Source of the DNA: the human T2T-CHM13v2.0 reference genome, Homo sapiens | Assembly: GCF_009914755.1 (NCBI RefSeq) | Contig: NC_060940.1 | Length of the DNA: 64,000 bases | Strand: one strand, 5' to 3' | Shown: positions 17,911-34,478 of the stretch, one piece after another | Layout of the letters: every line of letters starts with the position of its first letter | Numbering within the stretch: position 1 is the stretch's first letter | Position numbers and translations under genes: made by a program | Notes under the pieces: generated by a model | Told to the model about the DNA's origin: nothing | The model's database searches: none | The model's input: only the letters and a program-made list of their open reading frames with translations

Positions 17911-18269
17911 TTTTTAAAATATGTTTAAGAAATTCCGTATTTCACAGGGCAGCCTTTCACAACACAGATATGTTAAGACATAAAGGTCCTTCTGTTTTGA
18001 ATTTACTAGTGTTTTTAGGGTTACAAATTCTTCTACCCTTGTCTTTTGTCTGATGGTGCAAAAAATTTTCATGAGCATGTAATTCTGAATGCCTGATGGA
18101 TTGACATATATAATATGCTGCTAGTATTAAAATATGTGACGGAAAACACATCCAATCTTCTCACTGTTTACATAAATTCTAGGTTTCTCCTATTTACCTC
18201 AAGCACGTATGGAGCGACTTCTTACCTTTTAATATTGCCATGGCATTCACATTGAACGTAAGTTGAACT

Positions 18270-19400
18270 CTCTCATATGGTAGCTGGGTTCAGATTCCCT
18301 TGACAATTTCCAGTTCTAACCCTCACTGTTCTTCAGTGTGGCTGGCCCAGATATTGACCCTACACAGTTGCCTCCTCCTGGTGACTACCCGCTATGGAAC
18401 CGTTGGATACAACCTACATGAATCACCCCACAGACCTCACAGCCCACATGGATGGTCCCCACACGCCAGAGTGACCTGCTCAGTTGCAGCGGGAGCCAAG
18501 AAATGTGCCTGCTGGTACTCACCCCACCGACTAGAGCCCCGTGGAAAGCTTATTTGGGTAATGTTCTGGGCCAAATAAAGGCTGGAGTCCCACAGACCCC
18601 TTTTCTCTCTCTTGCTCACCACTCATCTTCCCCATTTTGTTCAGCCCTATGAGGTGTGCTACTGTATTAGACCATTTTCCCACCACCGGTAAAGACATGC
18701 CCAAGACTAGGTAATTTCCAGAAGAAAGAGGTTTAATAGATGCACAGTTCCACATGGGTGGGTAGGCCTCACAGTCATGGCACAAGGTGAAAGGCACGTC
18801 TCACATGGCAGCAGACAAGACAAGAGAGCTTGTGCAGGGAAACTCCCCTTTATAAAACCATCAGATCATGTGAGACTTATTCACTATCAGAAGAACAGCA
18901 TGGGAAGGACCTGCCCCCATGATTCAATTACCTCCCACCTGTTCCCTCCCACAACATGTGGGAATTCAAGATGAGATTTGGCTGGGGACACAGCTAAACC
19001 CTCTTCTCAGCTACCCTCTTCTCAGCTACCCTCTTCTCTCTGGATCTGTGAGTAATAAACCTACTTCTGTGATTTCCCATGTTTGGTTCTGTGGCCTCCA
19101 TGTGTCTGAGCTGACCTACACTGGAACCTAACTCTCTTCCTGGCCAGGGTCTCTCAGAGTGGCTCTTGTCAGAAATACACAGGACACAGGTCAGGCAACA
19201 GTGACCAGGAAACTCCTAGTCTCAACAGATGTTCTGGGAGAGGGAGGCCTGGTCTTGGGATGCACACCTGGCCACTGCTGGGCTAAGGAAGTGTCCTGTG
19301 AAAGGCACATGTTAAGCATCCACAACCCACTGCCTAGAACCCCAGAAAGGCAGGGCTCCAATTGACAGTCACTCTCCAGAGACAAACCTCAAGCCCTAAC
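18270..19400 (+). mobile_element. ERVL-type LTR (MER74/MER54-like) interrupted by THE1
   Basis: AGTAATAAACCTACTTCTG, GGACACAGGTCAG, AAGTGTCCTGTGAAAGGCACA motifs recalled from the MER74 group. Confidence 0.5.
18663..19000 (-). mobile_element. THE1 (B/C-like) MaLR solo LTR
   Basis: TGTATTAG..AAAGAGGTTTAAT..CAGTTCCACATGG..AAACCATCAGATC..CATGATTCAATTACCTCCCAC..GAGATTTGGCTGGGGACACAG. Confidence 0.9.
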
Positions 19401-20592
19401 TGGAGGAAAATAAAACAATGTAAAAATTTGAATTTATCTTACTATTTCAATGATCCAGTAAGGCATTCTATGCCTGTACACCACATATTTTCTTCGTTTG
19501 TGGATATATTTTAGATAGAATTTTATGTCTGGCTTTCACTTTAGCCTGGTCCTTACCTCAAGCATAAGGTAAAGATTTTCCATGTGTTCTTTTCTGGTAC
19601 TACTACCTGCCAGTGTGGGGTCATGTCCTAGTCTATCTTGAGGGAACCCCCCTATTCATTATTGTCAGAGTGAGACTGTTAAGTCTTAATTTCCCTGGAC
19701 AACTTCACTGCATGACTTTTAATATGATTTTTAAATATACCCTTTACTGGACAATAAATTATATACATATCTGAGTAAGAGATATGATCAGGAAGAGGCA
19801 TTGCCTTATTGAGCTTTTCTGTTTGGTGAACTGTCATATGTTCTCCTCACCCACCAGTCACCTCTAAACCGTATTGTTCCAAGACAACAAACAACTCGAG
19901 TGTGTATCTTTCACCACTAGATTTGTCTTTGCTCCATAAAGCTTAATGCTTAATAGGGTTTCTGTTAGCATTTTCTCTATTTATTTTCCCATAAAATATC
20001 ACAGGCCTTCTTAATATGGAATTATGGGTGATTTCATTCAATCTGCATCATATCAAGTTGAGGTTCATGTTGATGGAAAGTAAAACATACGTTTAAATTA
20101 TCAGTAATGATGTTTTCCCCTCCTTTTTAGCACATGTGCCTGTGATACAAGCACATTGTAATACAATTGTAGTCTCATGCTTTGATCATTCCTAAGATGA
20201 AAATAACATTTTTAGATAAAATATCTGAGTTTTATGAGGCCTTTAGTATGTGATGTGATAGACTATCAGAAGACCATACTTTTTTCTAGTTTTCCATGGA
20301 ATTCTAACATTGTTTCATCTTTACTCCTACCAGAGTAATTTTCCAAAATAGATATCTTGTCATTCTTCCTGTTGTTATCAGTAAATAAGTGAAACAAAAA
20401 CTAGATTTTATAATTTATCTAGAACAAGAAAGTAGAATTGAATCTATAATCATTAAGGAGACTAACCAGTCAATTACACAGATAGGCATTTTACATTTTG
20501 AAGGTTATATGGACCCATTGTCAGATATATAATTATTTATGTCTGCATGGACATCACCTGTGCATATTTATGTAGCAATCAATGAGAGCTGA

Positions 20593-20909
<317 letters not shown>

Positions 20910-21889
20910 GGAAGCTGATTTTTAAAATACTGAGATCATATAGATGACAGCACCTGAAAAATAGACAACACCAAGCTTTATGTTAAAAGGTGTGAGGTTA
21001 TCAATATTGTTGTGGCTATTGGGGAGGAAAGCATTAGTAAAGCCAGTGAGTTAAAACTGTTGCTTTAAACTTTGGCTTTAATTTAACAATTGTTCTCTGG
21101 GGTGACAGTATGTATGTAACCATGCTATGCCCATTCACAGATGCACTAGAGGGAAGAATTTCTCAAAGACATCTGTTCTAAGATTGAAATTAAACCATAC
21201 TGGGTTTGAAAAGAGAAAGTCCAGGAATTACCAAATATTTTAGATATCAGATAAAAGAGAATGCCAGGTATGCGATGATAATCAGCAATGCTTGTTCACA
21301 CAATACATCAAATCAGTATTTGAATGAGCTTTTGAATTACAAGGGCAAATGGATCAAGTCTTGACTCTTTGGTAGATAAATCTTATTAGGCTGAGATGTG
21401 TTTTCCCCTGTTTTTCCACAAGGAGATTACAAATTTGCAAACCTCAGCTGCTCTCATTTTATGCTGTCACCAAGCCAAAAGCTGAAGTTCATCAATCATT
21501 GTGTCTAAGTGTTCACTAGTTATATACCATTTTGTAGTTTAAGCTATCTTTCTAACTTCCTAAATCATCACCTTCATTTGATCTTTTTTCCACTATTATC
21601 ACTTCTTTATTGACCATATAAAGAATATACATAAGTTCTTATTTTGTTATTGTTCATTTTAGTCTAATTTCATCAAAATATCATAATCTTTTAATTTCAT
21701 TTTAATTTCAAAGATTAAATCAAACCTACATAGAAATGAGTGTAAGATTTTCATTTGCGTTATTTTGGCATGAATTTGCTATCCTCCCTCATGCACATAG
21801 AGATCATTTCCATATACGTGATTTCAAACATCCAAGTGCAGTATTAAAAACAGTTGTAAATTATGGTTCTCATTTTCATGATACAATTA

Positions 21890-22700
<811 letters not shown>

Positions 22701-22787
22701 AGACATAATCTATTTACCTGCAGATTAAAGTTTTCTTTATTTTTCTGCCTCCCTCTCTTAATTTTTTTAGATAATATGAATTGTAGT

Positions 22788-23351
22788 AAAGAGAAAGAAA
22801 GAAAAAAGAGGAAGGAAAGAAGGAAGGAAGGAAAGACAGAAGAAAGAAAAGAAGGAGGAAATGAGAGAAGGAAGGAAGGGAGGGAGGGAGGGAGGGAGAA
22901 AGGGAGGAAGCGAGACAAAAGAAAGCAAGAACACAAGAAAGAAAGAAAGAAAAAGAAAGAAAGAAAGGAGGAAGGGAGGAAGGAAAGGAGGAAGAGAGAA
23001 ATATAAAAGGGAGGAAGGTGAAGAAACAAAGAAAATAAAGAGGAGAAGGAAGGAAGGAAGGAAAAAGGAGGAAAGGAAGGGAGGGAGGAAGGAAGAAAAG
23101 GAGGGAGGGAGGAAGGGAGAAAAAAAGGAAAGAAAGCAAGAAAGTGAGAAAGAAAAGAATAAGAGAAAAGAAGGGAGGGAGAAAGGAAGGGAGGGAGGAG
23201 GAAAGGAAGAATAAGAGGAAAGGAAGAAGGAAGGCAGGAGAAAAAAGAAAGAAAAGAAAGGAAAAATAAAAGAAAGAGGAAAAGAAGAAAGGAAGGAAGA
23301 AGGCAAGGGAAGGGAAGAGAAGAGAAAGGAAGATGGAAAGAAGGAAGGAAG
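22788..23351. repeat. ~560-bp purine-rich (GAAA/GGAA/GGGA) low-complexity tract
   Basis: Almost exclusively A/G on the + strand. Confidence 0.95.
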
Positions 23352-23369
23352 ACCGCAAGTATTAGAAAT

Positions 23370-25394
<2,025 letters not shown>

Positions 25395-25669
25395 CTCCAT
25401 TATTTTTTCCTCTTTTCTTTTTGGGATTTCAATTATAACTAGGGTAGGTAATTTCATCTCAGGCTTATGCAGGTACTTTTTCTCAGGGTCTCAGGAATGT
25501 AGCCTTCTCACACTTCTGTTCTTTTCCTGGCTGTGTTGGTGAGCTCAGTGATATTCCTCCTTCACCTTCAAGAGCAGTTTTGTTTTGTTTTTCCTGTTTT
25601 CATACTCCCAGCATCAGGTGTATTCTAAGTGTGGCAGTTTTTGTTGCCTTCCCCTACATATTAAGTGGA

Positions 25670-25952
25670 ATATCTTGCTCTATTTGGACTCTTAGAACAA
25701 AGCAACATAAACTGGGTGACTAAAAAACAACAGATATTTCTTTTTTCAAACTTCTTGAGGCTGTAAGATCTCAGGTCAAGATGCTCACAAATTCAGTGTT
25801 GATGAGAGCCCATTTCATGGTTCATAGATGGTGCCTTCTTTCCATGTCCTCACATAGTGGAAGGCACACAAGAACTCCATTGAGCTTCTTTTATAAAGAC
25901 ACTCATCCCATTCATAAGGGCTCGGCCCCCAAGACCTGGTCACCTCCCAAGT
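25670..25952 (-). mobile_element. MLT1A-like MaLR LTR fragment
   Basis: CATAAACTGGGTGACTAAAAAACAACAGA..GGTTCATAGATGGTGCCTTCT..TTTTATAAAGACACTCATCCCATTCATAAGGGCTC. Confidence 0.7.
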
Positions 25953-27436
25953 GTTCTGCTCTCCCTGATCCGTATCATATACAGACTCTCTTGGATTCCT
26001 TACCAGTTGCTTGAGTGATCACAGTGGGTTTGTGGGGAAAAAGTTTTCAAGATGATGGATCTTTCCCAACTTCTGCAGCTGTCAGCGGTCTCCCAATCTC
26101 ACCAGTCCCACTTTGTCTTTAGGAATTTATTGATTATTCCAGCTTTACTTGTCATAGTGGTGTTTATTTGCATCTGTCCTATATAAGTGCATCTGTCCTC
26201 TTTCTCCTTGCAGGTGCTTGTTTTCCCTCACATTTTGACTCACTTCTTGGCAAGCCTGGTTGCTATAAAAATAACGTCATGACTTTGAAGTTAGTTTGGT
26301 TCTTTCATTGTTGTAAGGTTAGGAGCCCTATTCCATCCCAGCTCTCCAAAACCGAGAATTTTTGGGGGGTTGAAACTTTAGGCTTTCTCTTTGAATTGTA
26401 GTTTTATCTTATTTCAGTTACAATTTGCATTTTCATAATGATTAACGAGACTAAGCTTTTTTTGTGTAGTTGACAGTACCTTTGGATTTTTTTCCCAAAT
26501 CCCTTTTCAATTCTTTTCTTTATGGTTTTAGAAAATGTAGTTTACATAATTGCAGCTTGATTTTTTACTCAGTTAATGGCATGCTGAATGGAGAGAAAAA
26601 ATATTAACTATATTTCCCCTTTTAATTACTGTGCTTTTTTCTTTTTAAGGAAATATTTCATTATGTTAAATTTTAGTGTTATTCTACTTAGCTATTCCTT
26701 AAATATTATAGTATTTTGGATTTCACATATAAATTTGTAACACATCTTGAGTTTATTATGTATAGGGTAAGGCTATTTTCTCTTTTTTGTTTTTTAAGGT
26801 AAAAATCACATAGTATAAAATTAATAACCATTTTAAAGCATACAACGCTGTTGCTTTTAGTATATTCACAACGTTCCAGGACAATTTCATGATATCTGTT
26901 CTAAAAACCCATTATGCATAAAGTTTTTACACTCTATTCTGCTTCTCTGAGCCCTAATGACGACTGATCTGATTTATACCCCAATTGATTTGTTAATTCC
27001 TGATGTTTCATGTGAATAAAGTCAAGTAATATTTGTCCTTTTGTGCACTTAACATAATGCTTTCAAATTTCACCCATATTATACCATGTATACGTACTTC
27101 ATTCTTTGTTACAGCTGAAACTTGGGTGTCCATTTGTGAGTCAACAAGCATATGGATTGTTTCCACTTTTTGACTGTATGAGTATTACTGCTGTAAATAT
27201 TCATGCACATGTTTATTTTTTGAGCACCTACGTTTTGTAAGATTAACAGCTGACTTAACAGAAACAATGGAAGGCAAGAGGTAGTAGAATAATATATTCA
27301 AAATATGCAAAGGAAAAAAAACTGTCAGCTGCCAATTCCTTATCCAGCTATTAGTTTTCAAAAATGAAGATAACACAAAGATTTACCCAGATAAACAGAA
27401 ATATTAACTGAAATTGTTGCTGGCAGACCTACCATA

Positions 27437-27475
<39 letters not shown>

Positions 27476-27638
27476 ATCAAAATAAATTCCTAAGGCTAAA
27501 AGCAAGTTAAACAAGACAGTCATTTGAATACACATTTTTTAAAAAGCACTGGTATAGATAATATTAACGTGATAAAAGACAGTAGAAATACATATTTTCT
27601 CTTTATCATAAATTGTTTATAAAATAAATGTGTATAAT

Positions 27639-28062
<424 letters not shown>

Positions 28063-28752
28063 CTAGATGGTAAAGTAATAATTACTAAAATGTATTGTTG
28101 GCTTTGTAACTTTAATAGATGTAATGTGTAAAGTGATCATACTTTAAAATGGAGGAAATAAAAGAGATTTGTATAAGAGTGATATTTCTCTGTATTACTA
28201 AAATTTCTCTAGTATAAGTTGGAAGATGATTTGAATAATTAATTTTCCATATACCTATATGGTAAACTTACAACAACAACAAAAATCCTCAAAAATATAT
28301 AGTAAAATAATTCATTAGTAATCTAAAGTTCCCTATTTTAGAAAATATTCATTCATTGCAAAATAAAACAATAAAGAAAAATATTTGAGATATATACAAA
28401 ACAAACGGTAAAATGGCAGACATAAATAGAATTATACCAATTATAATCTTTTTTTCCAATTATAATCTTAAATGTGAGCAGATTAAAATCCAATCAAGAG
28501 GCAGAGATTGTCAGACTGGATTAAAACAAGTGATCCCAATATATGCTGAGATGCAAGGACACTAATGGATTGAAAGTAAAAAGATGACAAAAAATATCAT
28601 GCAAAGAGCAATCATAAGAACACTGAACTGATTATACTCATAACACACAATATAGACTGTTAAAAATGTGAATAGGATTTTAAAAATTTATATTGTAGTA
28701 ATACGGGGGTCAACGCTTTAGGAAGACATAGCTATTACAATCATGTATGCAC

Positions 28753-29179
28753 TGGTATGAGCTAAATTGTTTCCTCTATATAGATGCTGAAATCCTAACC
28801 ACTGAATATGACCTCATTAGGAAACAGGTTCTTTGCAGGTGATCAAGTTAAGATAAAATCAGATAAGCCTGAATTCAATATGACTGATGTCCTTATAAAA
28901 AGAAGAAATTTTAGTAGAGGGAGACATACACACAGGGAGAGTACAATGTGATTATGAGGGCAGAGATTAGCCAAGGAATGCCAAAGACTGCCACTAAACC
29001 ACCAGAAGCTAGAAACAAGGCATAGAACAGACTTTCTCTCATAGCCCTTGAAGGGACCATCCCTGCTGACACCTCAATCTCAGACTTTTAGCTTCCAGGA
29101 CTATAAGACTATAAATTTATGTTGTTCAAGGCACCCAGTTTGTGTTACTTGGTTATGGCAGCCCTAGAAAACTAATACA
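28753..29179 (+). mobile_element. MLT1B/C-like MaLR solo LTR
   Basis: GCCAAGGAATGCC..CCACCAGAAGCTAG..CCCTGCTGACACCT..GTTATGGCAGCCCTAGAAAACTAATACA. Confidence 0.85.
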
Positions 29180-29887
29180 TGAACTAATAACAAAGCATAA
29201 TAACATGAAGCAAAAATTGGCAAAAGAGGAGCATCAGCAAAATGGCAATGGGGACAGCTGCAATCTTTCATTTCCCCACATAAACATCACACAACTAAGA
29301 GAAACTGTCCGAATAAACTTTGCCAAAACTCTGGAAAATGGTCAAAAGATTATAACAGCCAAGCGAAAGCAGATTCGAGAAAAAGACAACTGGAAAACTT
29401 TATGACATTTTTAACTTGCCTTTGCCCCAGCAAATTGGCAGTTTTGAAGTGTCAGAAGCCCACGTTCCCAGTGAGGAACCCTGGTCCATTGTCCAAAGGA
29501 ACAAGAGAAGATCTTACCCAAAAATTATTATGTGTCTGTTCTGACTGGTCTGGGGGATACCTAAAGGACTAATGAAAGGCTTTTCTTTTTCTGTGTTGCT
29601 AGAATACAGAACAGATAAGGAATGGACATTATTAAGAAACTCTGCAAGGAGACCTAACAAACCACAGATGCTTAGGGCAAAAATTAGAGTTTACACATAT
29701 AGTAGATCACCTTCAGCACAGGAAGAAAAGTTGGAGAAGAGTATTTGAAAAACTAAGACATTCAGTCATTCACATACATGGGAGAGTCTAGAAAGTCACA
29801 TGTATGCATAGGTTAAGCCGCTTGCTGACAAATGTCATAAGAAGACCCTACACTTTTACCTTGGCTGATCCCTCCCCTCAGAGCAAG

Positions 29888-29961
29888 CTCTGTGCAAGAG
29901 TGAACTTGAACTTCACTCAGTGCAAGAGTGAACTTGAACTTCACTCAGTGCAAGAGTGAAC
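29888..29961. repeat. 28-bp tandem repeat, ~2.6 copies
   Basis: CTCAGTGCAAGAGTGAACTTGAACTTCA units starting at 29888, 29916 and 29944. Confidence 0.9.
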
Positions 29962-30816
29962 ACACACTTTGTGCCAGCTTTAAAGAACCCAGCACAAAGC
30001 CAGTCTGCATGGCCTAGAGAAATATTTTGCTGGATAAGGATTATTTGTTTTTCTTTTTGTTTTTCTTGTATTTGCCTGTTTGCTTAGTTCCTGACATACA
30101 AGAAAATCACTGTCAAAACATTAGCTTAACGTTTGTTAAGGAAACAAAAAGACTTCAGTGACCACACCTTATAAAGCAAACAGTTTTGTAAATCACTTTG
30201 GAAAATTTCACTAAAAATAAAAACCTTAACAATATAATAAGTAAATAAAATTTAAAACCACAAAACATTAGTGTGTTTGTAGGGGGTGGAGTCTGATTTA
30301 CAGAGCAACCACATAGTAATTATAATTATTATAATGTCCAGTTTTCAAAAAAAGGTACAAGGCATACAAAGAATGGGAAAGTGTGGCTCATTCAAAGGAA
30401 CAAAATAAATTGACAGAAAATATCCCTAAGGAAACCCAGACATCAAACTTACTAGATGAAGACTTTAAGACACCTCTCTTAATTATACTCAAATGTCAAA
30501 AGGAAAACATAAACAAATAAATCAAGGAATCAGAAAAAATATTAAAAAGTAAGAATATCAACAAAGAGATAACAGAAATTCTGGAGTGGAAAACTACAAT
30601 GATAAAAATTTAAAAATCACCAGAGGGATTTAAGAGTATATTTGCACACACAGAAGTCATGAGCTTGAAGATAAGAAAATGGAAAATACTGACTGTGAGA
30701 AACAGAAAGAATAAAAAATAAAAAATGAGCAGAGACTAAGGAATCTGTGGGACATCATCAAATAGACCAACATTCATATTCTAGAAGGATAAATTTTGTT
30801 GTTAAAAACTTTACCA

Positions 30817-30962
30817 TTCTTTCTTTTCACCTTTCTTTCTTCCTCCCTCCCCCTCCTCTTCCTTTTTACTTTTCTTCCTCTTCCTTTCTCTTCTTCTTTC
30901 TCTCCTTCATTATCCCTTTCGCTCTGTTTCTCTTTCTCCCTTTCTCTTTTTTCTTTTCTTTT
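30817..30962. repeat. CT-rich low-complexity tract
   Basis: Almost pure C/T on the + strand. Confidence 0.9.
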
Positions 30963-31859
30963 AATTTTCTCAATTACTAAGAGATGTTTAAATACCCTTG
31001 CCATGTGAATTGATATTGTTATTTCTCCCTTTAGTTCTCTTTTGAGATTTATAATCACTCTAAGTAAAGAGATAACCCAAACATAAGCCTCACAAACAGG
31101 CTTCCATACCATTCTAAATTTGGTGCTGTAATTCTTCATCGCTGTATTAACTTTCTGATGCTTTTAAGGATGTTTTATAACAAATTGTTTAGTTTTTTCC
31201 AATGGAATGTTTATTCTGAATTATCTAATTCATATTGTAAGTATAGAGGGAGTTTAATATAAAATTATTAAACTAATATTTGTGAAAGAATGTATTTGTG
31301 CATTTAACAAATATGTTAATCCTCAAACTGTTATTGGGCAGCTGAGCATACAGCAATAAAAATAACATAATTTTTATGTGTACCATATTTATGGAATACA
31401 TTACTGGAACCAATAAATAATTTAATAACATGGTAAAGAACAGAAATTGTATACACTATAGAGCATAGTAATGGAATAATGAGTGATTAAAGTTATTAAT
31501 ATTAGGTAGAAAATGAAGGGTATCTTTGAGAGCAGAACTCAAGGAAGCAAGCAATTCGTCTTATGAGGAAAGAGTTACCTGTGGATAAAGGAGAAACTGA
31601 AAAATTTACAAGTCAAGATTTTTTGAGCAAAAACAAAAATATGACTATTAGTCACCAATCCAGTACAGTGAAAAAAAAGTTGAAGAGATATCTTGGAAGT
31701 AAACCATGTTGTGGAAGAGCATGTAGGGTTTTGATAATCATGGGATTATTCTGAATTAATTTTAAATGCGATAGGAATATATGAGATAATTTCACCAGAG
31801 AATAACATGATTGTGTTTGCATTTCAAAGGGGTGTATCTGGTGCACTCTGTAGAATAAA

Positions 31860-32110
31860 TAGGTTATGTGAGCAAATAAATTGGGAGGCTATTGTAATCC
31901 AGAGAAAAAAGGTAGTGACTTAGGTGAAAATGTTGTGAGTATGAGTGGTATTAGTGGTGAGAAGTCGTTAGGCCGTGGATGTATTTCGTAGGACTGGCCA
32001 AGAGAACTGCAGCTAAATTGGAGGGTAGGGAGTGAAATGGAGAACTCAAAGATGACTCTCAGCACTGGAAGGTGACAGCTGTCACTGAAGCATGCTGATG
32101 CCTCTTATTA
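31860..32110 (-). mobile_element. L2 fragment
   Basis: GGGAGGCTATTG..GGTGAGAAGT..AACTCAAAGATGACTCTCAG, typical of antisense L2. Confidence 0.6.
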
Positions 32111-34478
32111 AGAGAGTTACTTGGGAATGGCAAGATCAAAACTTCTCACTTTCAAATTTATGAAAAATATTGTTTTCAGAACGAATGACTTTGGGATCAG
32201 AAAGCCATCGTTCTAATTGATGGTTCCACGACTACACAGGCTCACACTCCCAAGAGCAAAAGTAAATCATCACAAATGTGTTTCCTGATAATTCTAGAGA
32301 ATGGAGAATTACTGTAACATCTTTCTGATTTTAGGAGAGGTAGCACTTCCCTTTTTAGCCTAAATGCTATTTTTTTTAAAAGGTCAGCCAGGAGACTCCA
32401 TTGTAATTTTCAAATGTGTGTAACATAAATTCTCATATGAAATACCACTATGCTTAAATTAGTCAAAACATTTTCCCCATCTACATCTCTATTTTTTCTT
32501 TGCAATCATTTTCACAAAAGTGACTGCATAGACCCTAAAAGGGGAAAATCTAGGGTAGGTTATCTTAGCTAGTTAGTTTTGAAGACAGGATCTAGAGATT
32601 ATTTAATATGAATTAGGTCACCCAAAATGAAGTGTTTACTGAAAACAGCTTGGATCAGCCCAGTTTTCTACCACTGAACCATGCATTTGTTTTCAAAAAC
32701 ACAACAACTCTGGGGAATATTGGCTGCTTCCAACTGTGTTGAAGATGTTAAAGAAAAGAGCATAAAATTAAAAATGATCATCTGAGGCCTTTATAGTCTC
32801 TGCTCAAGAGACTAGAGTCTTCCATTCTTAACGAAACAGCCAAATATCTTAATAACTGGGCAAAATCTAAATGTCAGAGAGATAATTTTATCTTGAAGAT
32901 TGTTAAATTATAAAGGTGATTCACTACCTTGCCACGTCTCTGCATCAAAAATTAGATCTTTGTTTAGGAATCAATGGTACTCTGCAACTTGGAAATAGGA
33001 AGATTTTAGAAGACTCAAACATTGACTATCTTGTGTGCAAAAAAAAAAGATGTATTGAGATAAGACAAGTCTTTCCTTGCAAGGATACCTCTAATGCTCA
33101 TACACCACCTCCCCTAACGTTAATATAGCTTCCAGATCACTAACCAGTGTCAGAGAGCAGCCTATGCAACTATGAATTCAAAAGATGTCGAACACAGGGT
33201 CAAGCCTAGAATAAGAAGTCTTAGCGAATTAAGTATGCTTTTTCCCCCAAATTCATATTAACAAAAACTTGGATATCTCAGAGAATGCATTCTAAGTTCA
33301 CTCAACCTAGGAGGGAGAAACATAATTTTAAATTAAGAGCTGAAGCAGTCTTGTACTAACAAAAAGCAAGGAAAATGAAATATCACACCACAGGAGGGAT
33401 TTCACAAATTAGTGTCAACATCAAAACCTTAAAATAGGCAAGGAAAATGCAGATTCACAATTAACTCTTCTACTTCTTTTGTTCAGAGAAGAGATGGTTC
33501 TGAGAGAATGACAGTGAATTGACCCCAGCTGGTTTAGTTGGTGCTTTCAATTGCTGCTTCTGATAAACTCCTTTAGCTAGAATAAATTGATGAGGATTTT
33601 GGCATGTGGTATTAGAGATGGTTATTAATTTTTTCCTCTTATTTGCATTGTTTAATGTAGTAAATACTAGCTGTACATGGCTACTTAAATTCAAATTAAT
33701 TACAATGAAATATACTTAAATATTGAATTTTTTAGTCACTGTTGGTTCATTATTGAATATCTTCAGTTAAGATTTCCCATCTGAAGACACTAAGAGGTGG
33801 CTTAGTTAACTGGTCATCCACAAATATTGAAGCTGTTGTTAACTCCTGATACATTCTCTGCAAATAGAATATTCATGAGCCTCCTCCTGAAACCAGCAGC
33901 CTAGGGATAATTTTATAAATTGGATACAAGTTGGAAATCTATACTCTTTAAGTTTTTGAAATATTAGCTTCCCAGGGAAGAAAATCAAATTCATAAGATA
34001 TGTTAGGACAATTTAACTCAAGATGTTCAAAACTGAAATGACATATTCTACAGTATGTGATAAAACCACCACCTGACAACTTAAAGCAAAACAGGGATTG
34101 ATCTTAAAGACCTGCCTTTTCGTCATCCCCCAGCCAATCAGTTTTCAAATCTTGCATTTTATTTTGAAAGGTCCTTATCCCCCTAGTCTCTTGTTTCTAG
34201 ACTTGGCACATATTTAAGTTTGTTACCTCTATCTACTGACTTTCCTCTCTTCAAACAGTATCTATGCCTGCCAAATGTGAACATACAAAAAACAAATCAG
34301 AACGCACCATTCTGATTTAAACTGCTTATTAGTTAATACCCTCCAGATAACATCTGGGTTCTTAGCTGCACTGAGTCAAGCCTACTTACATCTTTTTTTT
34401 GTCTTTGGCTGCACTTTTCCTATCACATCACACTACAGCAATGCCAAGCTGTGCGGGCCTTCTACCCCATTTCCACTA

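Noticed and set aside
27438-27474. ~37-nt pure poly(A) as a possible retrocopy tail
   Set aside because: No TSD and no upstream transcript-like body; likely slippage of an A-run within old L1 sequence
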